Positions 43,752 to 53,250 of a stretch of DNA of 54,451 bases are shown here, piece by piece. How positions within the stretch are numbered: the first letter of the stretch is position 1; the number at the start of each line of letters is the position of its first letter. The notes beneath the pieces are model-generated. The model had not been told where the DNA came from. It saw nothing but the letters and a program-made list of their open reading frames with translations, and searched no databases. The translations under genes were made by a program, and so were the position numbers. The DNA is from Planctomycetota bacterium (GTDB lineage Bacteria > Planctomycetota > DG-23 > DATKVD01): positions 1-54,451 of the forward strand of contig DATKVD010000522.1 of assembly GCA_035530235.1 (NCBI GenBank), given 5' to 3'.

Positions 43752-44513
43752 CGCCCCCTCAACGCGAACCCGAACGGACGCGCACCGGCTCGGCCTCCCC
43801 CCTCACCGGAAAACGCCGGACTCAAGGGCAAGGCGCATTCGACAACGGTGATCGACCACACTGACTGCCGCCTTGCCGCGAGCCGCGCAAGCGGGCTTCG
43901 GCAGAGGCACGAGCGAGAACGAGATGTCACCGCAGAGACCGGTGAAAGTGAGAAATGCGTTACGAATGTGTTTTACGGTTTATGGTTTGCACAAGAACTT
44001 CTTACCCTCCCGATTGCCCCATGTCAAACCCGTTCCTCGAAAAAATCCTTCACCCCATCCACAACGCAGGTATCGCCGAGACTTGCTTGCCCCCACTCCA
44101 GGCTCTTACCCTCTACATCTTGGACGGTTCAGCGATGGTGCCCCCATATCTAGTCTATGGACCTGTTGTCTGCCCTCCGCCATGCCGCCGCCCCTCGTCC
44201 AGAAAAAAATCTGAATTTTCGTTCCTTGCTCCCGAAATGCCGCCAACCATCGCGTCCAGGCGTAACACCCTGCTGGATAAGGACTTACGACTTCCCTCTC
44301 GTCAGCAGGCCTTCCTTACGACCGAATGCTGCGGCAAAACGCCCCACAAGAACCCTTCCTTCCCCATCTCCCGTGCTGCAAAACGCGACTCATTCCCAGC
44401 TCATGCGGTTGTCAGACCCGTTCGCAACGTCGCCAACCGCCTAAAGTCGCAATCCAGCCACACCGATACACAAGCTGTATCCGCACTTCTGGAACGATAT
44501 GTGAGAGGCATGA

Positions 44514-46016
44514 ATGCACCTTTACCTGCTCGGCCCCGATTCCGAAGTGCTCGACCTCTGCAAACACGCAGTGGTCGGATGGCGGCTCCACGTCCACAGC
44601 GTGCAGAGCGCCGCGGAGATCCCCCTGCACTCGGTCCCGCTGGATGAAGCTGCTCTCGTCACCGACAGTGCGTTCGCCCAATCTCACCCCGAGGAGATGA
44701 AGGCCGTCCTTGAGCTCCCCTTCCTCCGGGCAGTCGTCCTCTGTCCGGACTCAGCGTCCGGGAGTTCGGTGGACACAGCTCTGGGTGACGTCTGCGAGGT
44801 GATCCGCGCGCCGACCGAATCGTCTCTTCGCTTTCGCATCGGCGACTGGCTCACCCTGGAGAACCTCACGCGGGAGGGGCAGATTCAGGCCCGGCAGTTC
44901 ACGGAGATCGCCAGCCTCCTGGAGACTTCCTCCCAGGACATGACCGCCCTCAGGCAGAAGGTCACGTTCCTTGACCGTCAGCGACAGAAGCTCAGCAGTG
45001 TGCTTGAAACGATGAACATGCTGAGCCGGCTCTCGCAGGAGATCAACTGCCTGGACCTGGAGGAGATCATCACGATCTGCGTGACGAAGATCCCGCTCCT
45101 CGTGAACGCGCGATATGCCAGTCTCTACCTGCACAACTACGCGGCAAGCACCCTTGAACTCAAGCGACACAACCACGGGTATCGCATTGACGACGTCGTT
45201 CGTGTGACGGAGGACGGCAAGTCGGCGATGTGTCGCGCGCTGCTGGAGCGGCGAATACTGCTGATTCGGGACTTCACGGAGTACGAGCGGACCTACGACC
45301 TGTCGGTGGAGCGACCGAATGCGCGGAACTATTCGTCCAGGAGCTGCATCATCGCCCCGATGCTGGCGGGCGACCGGGTCGTTGCCGTCCTGAACCTCGC
45401 CGACAAGCGATCGGGAACCTTCTTCGACGAAGTCAACGACCTGCCGCCCATTGAGCAGCTGAGTTTCCTGGTCGGGTCCGCCATCCGCAACTGGCAGCTC
45501 TTCCAGCAGGTACGGATTCAGGCAAAGACCGATGCCATGACCGGCTTCATCAACCACCAGACCTTCTTTGACGAGCTGGAGAAGGAAGTGCTGCGCGTGA
45601 GGCGGTATCACGGGGCGCTGTCCGTGATGATGGTGGACGTGGACAACTTCAAACTGATCAACGACGTGTACGGGCACCAGCTGGGAGATCACATCCTGAC
45701 GGAGATCGCACGCATCATCCGGGTTAACGTCCGCGACTCCGACGTGCCCGCCCGTTACGGCGGGGACGAGTTCACGGTCATTCTGGCCCAGGCGGACCTC
45801 GAACGGGCGAAGCTGGTGGCCGAGCGAATCCGGGAGATGGTTGACGCCCAGAGCTTCAACTACGAGGACAAGAAGCTCAGTCTCTCACTGAGCATCGGGG
45901 TGGCGCAGTACCGCCCGGGCCAGTCGGTGGCGGATTTCGTCAGCGAGGCCGACGCGGCCCTGTACGAGGCGAAAGCCCACGGCCGAAACCGCGTCGAGAC
46001 CACGCACCCGACCTGA
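44514..46016 (+). CDS. Diguanylate cyclase: REC-like N-terminal domain, coiled coil, GAF, GGDEF
   Basis: 500 aa. The catalytic domain has an intact GGDEF (RYGGDEFTVIL) and an RxxD I-site (RDSD) exactly 5 residues upstream. GAF-like middle region. The N-terminal ~115 aa are CheY-like but lack a clear DD pocket. Confidence 0.88.
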   Translation: MHLYLLGPDSEVLDLCKHAVVGWRLHVHSVQSAAEIPLHSVPLDEAALVTDSAFAQSHPEEMKAVLELPFLRAVVLCPDSASGSSVDTALGDVCEVIRAPTESSLRFRIGDWLTLENLTREGQIQARQFTEIASLLETSSQDMTALRQKVTFLDRQRQKLSSVLETMNMLSRLSQEINCLDLEEIITICVTKIPLLVNARYASLYLHNYAASTLELKRHNHGYRIDDVVRVTEDGKSAMCRALLERRILLIRDFTEYERTYDLSVERPNARNYSSRSCIIAPMLAGDRVVAVLNLADKRSGTFFDEVNDLPPIEQLSFLVGSAIRNWQLFQQVRIQAKTDAMTGFINHQTFFDELEKEVLRVRRYHGALSVMMVDVDNFKLINDVYGHQLGDHILTEIARIIRVNVRDSDVPARYGGDEFTVILAQADLERAKLVAERIREMVDAQSFNYEDKKLSLSLSIGVAQYRPGQSVADFVSEADAALYEAKAHGRNRVETTHPT

Positions 46017-46062
46017 GGTCACATCGCTCTCACACCTGCGACCCATTCCCGCGTGACGCATC

Positions 46063-46491
46063 TCATCGCCGTCCGGCCTGCAGGTACCGGGTACGCAGCT
46101 CGTACAGCGTCCCGTCGAGGTGGCGCTTCTCTTCGGTCGACAGGTTTCCCTTCGTCTTCTCTTCGAGGACGCCCAGGAGGTCGATGGTGTGCTTGGCCTG
46201 ATCGAGATCGCACTCCTGCCGACGGGTGACGGGGTTCGCGATCTCGCCCAGTGCGATAAGGGCCTGTATGGCCAGGTTCGCGACCATCAGGCCGAACGAG
46301 GGCTCCGGCAGCGTCCTGGGCCCATCCGTCTCGGAGGGGGCCCCGTCCGAGGTCTCGTCCTCCGTGTCCTTCGCCAGGCGCTCCTTATCGCGCTTGGCCT
46401 CTTCCTTCCAGTCCTCGTCAACCTGCTTCTCCTGGTCGCGACGTTTCTCGCGGTTTCCCTGCGCTTCGTCTCTCTCCGGCTTTTCAGGCAT
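46063..46491 (-). CDS. DUF1844-like protein
   Basis: ORF is open to 46638. ATG 46491 overlaps the pyrG stop by 8 nt. Charged N-terminus, then [19 protein letters not shown]...[23 protein letters not shown], typical of DUF1844. Confidence 0.7.
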   Translation of the reverse strand: MPEKPERDEAQGNREKRRDQEKQVDEDWKEEAKRDKERLAKDTEDETSDGAPSETDGPRTLPEPSFGLMVANLAIQALIALGEIANPVTRRQECDLDQAKHTIDLLGVLEEKTKGNLSTEEKRHLDGTLYELRTRYLQAGRR

Positions 46492-48109
46492 TGTGCTTTC
46501 CTTTCGCCTCATGCTGCAGAGCGTGCTCGACAAACGCGGCAAAAAGCGGGTGCGCGTCGACCGGCCTGCTGCGGAACTCGGGGTGGAACTGCACGGCGAC
46601 AAACCACGGATGGTCCTTGAGCTCCAGGATCTCCACAAGGTTGGCTTCGGGATTCACGCCGCTGAAAACGACGCCGCGTTCCTCGTAGTCGATCCGGAAC
46701 GAATTGTTGAACTCGTAGCGGTGGCGATGACGCTCCCGGATCAGGTCGCGGCCGTAAGCTTCACCCGCCCTTGTCCCCTTCTTCACGCGACACTCGTATG
46801 CCCCGAGCCGCATGGTCCCGCCCTTCGCGGTGACGCCCTTCTGCTCGGTCATAAGGTCGATCACGGGGTATGGCGTCTCCTCGTCGAACTCGGTGCTGTT
46901 GGCCCCTTCGAGTCCGAGGACGTTGCGGGCCAGCTCGATGGTGGCACACTGCATCCCCAGACAGATGCCGAAGAAAGGGACCTTCCCCTCGCGGGCGAAC
47001 CGGACCGCCTCGACCTTGCCCTCGGTGCCGCGGATGCCGAAGCCCCCGGGAATCAGGACCCCGTCAACGGCATCCAGGAACTTCCCGGCGCGGTCGACCT
47101 CAATGGCGTCGGAGTCGACGCGGACGATCTCGACCCGGGCCTCGTTGGCGATGCCGCCGTGCACCAGGGCCTCGTAGATGGACTTGTAGGCGTCCTGGAG
47201 CTGGATGTACTTGCCCACCACCGCGATGCGGACCTCCCGCTTCGGTTGACGGAGAATCCGGACCATGGCGCGCCAGTCGTCGAGGTCGGGTTCGTGAGGG
47301 CTCTCCAGATCGAGCAGACGGACGATCAACTGGTCGACGCCCTGCTCGGCCAGCACGAGGGGCAGCTCATAGATGCTGCGGTCGACGAGGTCCTGCTCCT
47401 CGATGACGTCCTCGACGGGCACGTTGCAGAACAGGGATATCTTCTCCCGGATCTCGCGGTTGAGTGGTTTCTCGGTGCGACAGATGAGGACGTCGGGCTG
47501 TATGCCGATCTCCCGGAGCTTTCCCACCGACTGCTGCGTGGGCTTGGTCTTGATCTCCTGGGCGGCGCGGATGTAGGGAATGAGGGTGAGGTGAATGAAC
47601 AGGGTCTTCTCACGTCCCTCTTCCAGACGGAACTGCCGGATGGCTTCGAGGAAGACGAGGCTCTCGATGTCGCCCACGGTCCCGCCGATCTCGGAGATGA
47701 CGATATCGGTGTCGGGAGAGACGAGCTGCCGGACGGCCGCCTTGATCTCGTCGGTGATGTGGGGGATGTACTGGACCGTCTTCCCCAGGTAATCGCCCGC
47801 CCGTTCCTTCCGGATGACGTTGGAGAAGATGCTCCCCGTGGTCCAGTTGCAGGCCCGCTGCATCCGCACGCTGGTGAAACGCTCGTAGTGACCCAGGTCG
47901 AGGTCGGTCTCCGCCCCGTCGTCGGTCACGTAGACCTCCCCGTGCTGGAAGGGACTCATGGTCCCCGGGTCCACGTTGATGTAGGGGTCGAACTTCTGGA
48001 GGTTGATGCGGAACCCCCGGCTCTCCAGGAGCATCCCCAGCGAGGCGCTCGTCAGCCCTTTGCCCAGCGAGGAGATCACGCCGCCGGTCACGAAGATGTG
48101 TTTCGTCAA
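46484..48109 (-). CDS. pyrG: CTP synthase
   Basis: 541 aa. [19 protein letters not shown]-terminus, synthetase domain and C-terminal GATase (GICLGMQ, HRHRYE). Confidence 0.97.
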   Translation of the reverse strand: MTKHIFVTGGVISSLGKGLTSASLGMLLESRGFRINLQKFDPYINVDPGTMSPFQHGEVYVTDDGAETDLDLGHYERFTSVRMQRACNWTTGSIFSNVIRKERAGDYLGKTVQYIPHITDEIKAAVRQLVSPDTDIVISEIGGTVGDIESLVFLEAIRQFRLEEGREKTLFIHLTLIPYIRAAQEIKTKPTQQSVGKLREIGIQPDVLICRTEKPLNREIREKISLFCNVPVEDVIEEQDLVDRSIYELPLVLAEQGVDQLIVRLLDLESPHEPDLDDWRAMVRILRQPKREVRIAVVGKYIQLQDAYKSIYEALVHGGIANEARVEIVRVDSDAIEVDRAGKFLDAVDGVLIPGGFGIRGTEGKVEAVRFAREGKVPFFGICLGMQCATIELARNVLGLEGANSTEFDEETPYPVIDLMTEQKGVTAKGGTMRLGAYECRVKKGTRAGEAYGRDLIRERHRHRYEFNNSFRIDYEERGVVFSGVNPEANLVEILELKDHPWFVAVQFHPEFRSRPVDAHPLFAAFVEHALQHEAKGKHNA

Positions 48110-48137
48110 ACGTCCGCCCGCCTTTCACTCGTCCGGA

Positions 48138-48872
48138 CTACGCATCGAGCCCGGCCCGGAACCTCTCCAGGTCCTCGGGCGTGTCGATGCCGAACACCGC
48201 CCTTTCGGTCAGTCCCACGCGGATGACGTACCCGTGCTCGAGTGCACGGAGCTGCTCCAGACGCTCCTTTTTCTCGAGCGCCGTCTGAGGCAGCTCGGTG
48301 AACTTGAGGAGGAATTCCCGTCGGTAGCCGTAGATGCCGAGGTGTCCGAGGAAGGTCCAGTCGCGAGCCGACGCGTCGCGGACGAACGGGATGGGCGCGC
48401 GGCTGAAATAGAGTGCCCGGCCCTTGGCGTCACAGACCACCTTGACCTGGTTCGGGTCCTCGAACGCTTCGCGGCCCGTCATCACGCAGGCCAGTGTGGT
48501 CATGGAAGCGTCGGCGTCCTCCTCGAGAAGTGCCGCCACCGCGTCCACCTGATCCGGCCGGATGTCCGCCTCGTCTCCCTGAACGTTCACGACGACGTCA
48601 ACGTCCGGCAGGTCCCGACGCACGACCTCCGCCACGCGGTCCGTCCCGGTGGCGTGATCGCCCCGGGTCATCCGGGCGACGCCACCGAAGGACTCGACCG
48701 CGGCCGCGATGCGCTCATCGTCCGTTGCCACGATGACGACATCGGCGCACTGCGCCCGCTGTGCCTGTTCGTATACCCTCTGGATGAGGTATTTCCGTCC
48801 GATTCTCAGGAGGGGCTTCCCCGGCAGGCGTGTCGATGCATATCGGGCGGGTATGACGACGGCGACTTTCAT
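48138..48872 (-). CDS. kdsB: 3-deoxy-manno-octulosonate cytidylyltransferase (CMP-Kdo synthetase)
   Basis: 244 aa. VIPARYASTRLPGKPL, VNVQGDE and LEQLRALEHG motifs. Confidence 0.92.
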   Translation of the reverse strand: MKVAVVIPARYASTRLPGKPLLRIGRKYLIQRVYEQAQRAQCADVVIVATDDERIAAAVESFGGVARMTRGDHATGTDRVAEVVRRDLPDVDVVVNVQGDEADIRPDQVDAVAALLEEDADASMTTLACVMTGREAFEDPNQVKVVCDAKGRALYFSRAPIPFVRDASARDWTFLGHLGIYGYRREFLLKFTELPQTALEKKERLEQLRALEHGYVIRVGLTERAVFGIDTPEDLERFRAGLDA

Positions 48873-48970
48873 GGAGATCCCAAGTGACCGTCAACCTGGA
48901 GCGGCACGACGTCTCCGTGCGTCCGCTCTCCAAAACACCGGAACGATGTTAGCCCTGCGGGCCGGCACTG

Positions 48971-50101
48971 TCAATCGCTTTCTTCGAGAGTCCGGGCAGG
49001 TCCGCCGGCGTGAGCCGCCAGACGCTCTTCCACGAGTCTCCGGTAGAGCTGCACGGTCTTGTCCACCATCCGGTCGAGTGCGAACTCCTCCCGGACGAGT
49101 TCCCGTCCCTGTCGTGCGAGTCGGGCCGCGACGTCGGGCTTGAGCATCAGTCGGACCAGCGCCGCGGCAAGGGCCGGCACGTCTCCCCTGGGAAACACCA
49201 GTCCCGTGTGGTTGTGCCGAACCGCGGCGAAGATGCCGCCCGCCCCCGAGACCACCACGGGCTTTCCCAATGCCATCGCCTCGAGCACCACCGGACTCAT
49301 CCCGCCGTGCGTCGTCGGCAGGACGAAGACGTCCATCACCTGGATCAGTTCGCGCGGCCGGCTGATGTCGTCGACGAAGGTCACGGCCTCCTGCAGGTCA
49401 AGTTGCGTGATGAGTTCGCGAAGGTCGTGCTTCTCGGACCCCGTCCCGGCAATCAGGAGCTGCATATCGAGCCCACGGTCAAGGACGAGACGCGTCGCAC
49501 GCAGCAGGAGGCGGTGTCCCTCGGCGTAGTCCAGCGCTCCGAGCGTGCCCACCACGGTGGTTCGGCGTCCGGTCAGGGGCTGCGGAGGCGTCCCCGGCCA
49601 CGCCCTCACCCCCGGATAGATCACGGTGATGCGTGCTTTCCGGATCCGGAGCTGGTTGACGAGGTCCTCACGCACCGACTGACCGGCGGCGATGATCGAG
49701 CAGCCGCGAAGGTCACCCGCACCCCACCTCCTGTCCTCCGGACTGCCGCTGTGGACCGTCACGAGGCCCGGAGCGCCCAGCTTGCGTGCCAGACGCCACG
49801 CCACGGGGGCAAGCTGCGGCACGACCGCATGCACCACATCCGGTCCGAACGCCCGCAGCTCACTCATCAGCCACCGTCGCATCACCCCCCCGACACCCCA
49901 GGCGCTCAGGTGTCGACACAGGCGCACCGGGAGATGAAGTCCCGGCGGCCCCTCGTCGCCGGGAAGTGTTGCGGTGATGAGGAAAACACGATGGCCCCGC
50001 TCGCTCAACGATCGCGACAGGTCGGTGGCATAGGACCCCGGACCGGGGGAATCAAGCCGCTCGCACAGGACAAGGATATTCATCGCCTCGTCGCCGGTCA
50101 T
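48971..50101 (-). CDS. Family 4 (GT-B) glycosyltransferase
   Basis: 376 aa. N-terminal GPGSY-type region and C-terminal GGMSPVVLEAMALGKPVV (E-x7-E region). Confidence 0.85.
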   Translation of the reverse strand: MTGDEAMNILVLCERLDSPGPGSYATDLSRSLSERGHRVFLITATLPGDEGPPGLHLPVRLCRHLSAWGVGGVMRRWLMSELRAFGPDVVHAVVPQLAPVAWRLARKLGAPGLVTVHSGSPEDRRWGAGDLRGCSIIAAGQSVREDLVNQLRIRKARITVIYPGVRAWPGTPPQPLTGRRTTVVGTLGALDYAEGHRLLLRATRLVLDRGLDMQLLIAGTGSEKHDLRELITQLDLQEAVTFVDDISRPRELIQVMDVFVLPTTHGGMSPVVLEAMALGKPVVVSGAGGIFAAVRHNHTGLVFPRGDVPALAAALVRLMLKPDVAARLARQGRELVREEFALDRMVDKTVQLYRRLVEERLAAHAGGPARTLEESD

Positions 50102-50263
50102 TCACCTTTCTCCGGAGGGGCCGACGTCCCACCCATCGTACCGGCGCCGCGGCGGTTTGCAACCATTTTCGCGCATGGCCTTGATTTCCCGGCCGCAGAC
50201 TGCTAACGTCGGGTGCTCGTGAGCCGCCTCACCTGAAGCTCAACCCAGACCGGGAGGAGACCC

Positions 50264-52360
50264 GTGAACAGCATCACACGCGAGCCGACACCCCTGTGGA
50301 AAGCCGGTGTCGCCGTCATCCCCAACCCCCAGCGCTGCACACTCCGCGAAGGGCACTTCACCGTCACCCCCGATACCGTGATCGCGCTCTCGGGCGACAC
50401 CGACGATGACGACGCCTTCGCCGCGACGCTTCTGGCCGGGGCGCTCAAGGAGGAGATGGGCCTCGAGCTGAGTATTGAGAAGGCGTCGTCGGCGGCGACG
50501 AGGGCGATCCGTCTCGTCCGCGGGGGGCCGGCGCGGAAATTCGGCGACGAAGGATACGTCCTCGACGTCACCACGAAAGCAGTAACCGTCCGTGCGCCGG
50601 GGGCGGCCGGGCTCTACTACGGCGTGCAGACCCTCCTCCAGATCATCCGAAGCCGCGGCGCCGGCGCGTCCCTTCCGGCGCTCCGCATCGAGGACTGGCC
50701 TGATTACAGATACCGCGCCGCGCACTACGACACCAAGCACCACCAGGACACGTTCGACTACGTCGTGGACTTCATCGAGAAACTCGCCGCCTACAAGATC
50801 AACCTCCTCATCTGGGAGTGGGAGGACAAGCTGGCGTATAAGCGCCGGCCGGAAATCGGCGCACCCGGCGCGTTCACCATCCGCCAGATGCAGGAACTCA
50901 CCGCCGTCGCCCGGCGGCATCACGTCCAGCTCGTCCCGCTGATCCAGGGACTCGGACACGTCAGCTTCATCCTCAAGCACAGGAAGCACCACCCCCTGCG
51001 CGAGATCCCGGCGTCCAACTGGGAGTTCTGTCCCCTGAAGGACGGCACCTACGAGGTGCTGTTCGACCTGTGGGACGACGCGATGGACGCGACGCCCGGG
51101 GTGGAGTTCCTGCACATCGGCACCGACGAGACCTACGAGCTGGGCCAAGGCGAGGCGTGCGGCTGCAAGGCCCTCGCCGAAAAGCACGGCAGGGAATACC
51201 TGATGCAGAAGTTCATCCACCGCTGTCATGAGCACATCCGCCGGCGCGGGCGAAAGATGATCAGTTGGGGCGGCGGCTACGTGCCCGGCTCGCCCCACCT
51301 GCCGCCCGAGGGGCTCATCACGTTCGACTACCCTCACAGGAAACGTTCCGACGCGATGGCCGCCGTCAGGAAGGGCTACGAGAAGTGGGTGTTCACGCCG
51401 AATCCCCTCAACTGTCCCCTGGTGGTGCCGATGTTCCCGTTCGACTTCGCCGGGAGGTCGCGTCCGGGCTCCGCCGTCGAGACGGCCGAGGCCCTGAGCG
51501 AGGGCGCCCGGCTCGGCGGGTTCACCGGCATGGTCGCCTGCTCGTGGGACGACCCCGGACGACACAACGAGATGTGGAACATCCGTCACATCTCTGCGGC
51601 GGAATACGCCTGGACCGCGCACGCCCCGTCGGTGGACGAATTCCTCTCGAAATTCTTCGTCAGCTATTTCGGCCCCCGGGAGCAGCACCTCGAAGAGCTT
51701 TTCCGCTCGATGGAGGACCGGATGTTCTTCTACTACCGTGTCCTCCAGCGGCGGATCTGGCACTACGGTCCCGTCGGCAAGATGCACCTGCCGGACCTGC
51801 CGCGCGAGGACCTGGAGTTCGACCCGTTCTGGCGGCAGCGCTACGCGGACGACGTCGAGGACGCGAAGCGGGAACTCGTCGCGCTCGACCGCTGCGCCGA
51901 CATCATCCACGACAACCTCCGGAGACCGCTCCGCAGCCGCGACAACCTCGACATCCTCCTCACCCTGGTCGACCTGTGCCGGCACAACGCCCGGCTCTTC
52001 ACCCGGATGGCCGACCTCGAAGAGAACATCGGCCGGGCCTCCAACCAGCACTGGATCGACCGCAAGACCGCCCTGGCCGGACTGAAAGACGCCGAGAAGA
52101 TCGTCGCCGAGCACATCGCCGAGCGCAAGCAGGTGATGAAGACGCTCATCAAGGTGTGGGAACCCACGCGGCTCGTCAAGGGGATGAGCACGAAGCGCAA
52201 GAAGTACGTCCACGCCCGCGACCGCGCCCGGCACTTCGCCAACCGCACCCCCGACATGAGCTACCTCGTTCACGATGAGGAGCGTCTCGACATGGAGGGC
52301 TACCTCCGCGCGCTCCGCCGGATCATCAGGGACTATGAGGCCGACCTTCGCAAAGGATAG
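50264..52360 (+). CDS. GH20-like glycoside hydrolase (beta-N-acetylhexosaminidase family) with long C-terminal helical extension
   Basis: 698 aa. GTG start with GGGAGGAG RBS. N-terminal GH20b-like segment (IPNPQRCTLREGHFTV), IEDWPDYRYR, and catalytic-type HIGTDE (family pattern H-x-G-x-D-E). No obvious signal peptide. Confidence 0.65.
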   Translation: MNSITREPTPLWKAGVAVIPNPQRCTLREGHFTVTPDTVIALSGDTDDDDAFAATLLAGALKEEMGLELSIEKASSAATRAIRLVRGGPARKFGDEGYVLDVTTKAVTVRAPGAAGLYYGVQTLLQIIRSRGAGASLPALRIEDWPDYRYRAAHYDTKHHQDTFDYVVDFIEKLAAYKINLLIWEWEDKLAYKRRPEIGAPGAFTIRQMQELTAVARRHHVQLVPLIQGLGHVSFILKHRKHHPLREIPASNWEFCPLKDGTYEVLFDLWDDAMDATPGVEFLHIGTDETYELGQGEACGCKALAEKHGREYLMQKFIHRCHEHIRRRGRKMISWGGGYVPGSPHLPPEGLITFDYPHRKRSDAMAAVRKGYEKWVFTPNPLNCPLVVPMFPFDFAGRSRPGSAVETAEALSEGARLGGFTGMVACSWDDPGRHNEMWNIRHISAAEYAWTAHAPSVDEFLSKFFVSYFGPREQHLEELFRSMEDRMFFYYRVLQRRIWHYGPVGKMHLPDLPREDLEFDPFWRQRYADDVEDAKRELVALDRCADIIHDNLRRPLRSRDNLDILLTLVDLCRHNARLFTRMADLEENIGRASNQHWIDRKTALAGLKDAEKIVAEHIAERKQVMKTLIKVWEPTRLVKGMSTKRKKYVHARDRARHFANRTPDMSYLVHDEERLDMEGYLRALRRIIRDYEADLRKG

Positions 52361-52363
52361 CGC

Positions 52364-53149
52364 TTGCCCGATCGTGACGTCGAGATCATCGACACGCACT
52401 GTCACACCGAGGCGTGGTTCATGGACGAGCCGCTGAAGCGCCCGGACCCGACGTGGTTCCGGGAGCTTTACGCCGAGTGCCGGCACCGGACGCGACTCGT
52501 GATCTCGTCCACCGGGGGCGGTCCCGTCATGCGCCAAGGCAACGTCGTCTGCGTGAGGACGCTCGCCGGTCTCCTGGCCCCCTTTCCGGACAAGTTCATC
52601 GGCTCGATGATGATCAACCCGCACGGCGACGACGCCCTTGAGGCGATCGAGCTCGGGGCCGGCGAACTCGGCATGCGCTGCGTCGGGGAACTCGTGCAGT
52701 ACATCCACAACTGGCGGACCGACGGCCCGCTCATCCTCCCGGTCGTTCAGAAGGCGATCGACCTCGAGTTGACGATGATGTTCCACGTGTCGGACGAGAC
52801 GCACGCCGAGGCGATCGCGCGTCTTGCGGAGAAATTCCCGCGCGGGCGGTTCATCGCGGCGCACGCCTCGGGCGGGCGCTCCTGGCGCCGCGGCATCGAG
52901 ACCGTCCGCAGGCTCCCCAACGTCTGGGTCGAGATCATGCGCGGGAACGAGGACCAGCTCAAGCTCCTGCTCGAGGCCGTCGGAGCCGCGCGCATCACTT
53001 ACGGCACCGATTTCGCCATCGACGCCCGGCCCGAACTCCGATACCGCGCGGGCAGCTGGCTGCTCGACTGCCTCGAACGGCTCAAGCTGAAAGACGCCGA
53101 CGTCCAGCGCATCACCTCCGGGAACGCAAAGGAACTGCTGAACCTCTGA
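52364..53149 (+). CDS. Amidohydrolase-fold metal-dependent hydrolase (TIM barrel)
   Basis: 261 aa. TTG start 3 nt after the GH20 stop. IIDTHCHTE metal-binding start motif, MFHVSDE, YGTDF. Confidence 0.7.
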   Translation: MPDRDVEIIDTHCHTEAWFMDEPLKRPDPTWFRELYAECRHRTRLVISSTGGGPVMRQGNVVCVRTLAGLLAPFPDKFIGSMMINPHGDDALEAIELGAGELGMRCVGELVQYIHNWRTDGPLILPVVQKAIDLELTMMFHVSDETHAEAIARLAEKFPRGRFIAAHASGGRSWRRGIETVRRLPNVWVEIMRGNEDQLKLLLEAVGAARITYGTDFAIDARPELRYRAGSWLLDCLERLKLKDADVQRITSGNAKELLNL

Positions 53150-53171
53150 AAGCGCTCTGTGAAAACGATCC

Positions 53172-53202
53172 CCCTCTCCCCCGGCTCGGCCGGGGGAGAG
53201 GG
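53172..53202 (+). terminator. Strong stem-loop after the amidohydrolase gene
   Basis: CCCTCTCCCCCGGC-TCG-GCCGGGGGAGAGGG: 14-bp perfect stem, 3-nt loop, 22 nt after the stop. No T-tract follows, so it may not be a classical intrinsic terminator. Confidence 0.45.
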
Positions 53203-53250
53203 AATCAGGGAAGCCGCGCCTTTTTCTACAGAGCGACTTAGAGCGTCTAA

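Noticed and set aside
43999-44027. TTGACA-N17-TAAGAA on the minus strand, as a promoter for the MerR-like gene.
   Set aside because: The -10 element is poor and lacks the final T. It would also imply a 5' UTR of about 240 nt. Not convincing without transcription-start data.
43955-44647. 230-aa ORF (plus 43873-44214, 44157-44444 and 44326-44700) inside the long spacer upstream of the cyclase.
   Set aside because: No RBS, and odd C/P/S/R-rich composition. The ORFs overlap one another and the well-supported GGDEF gene start at 44514. Treated as non-coding, though a decayed gene remnant cannot be excluded without a blastx search.
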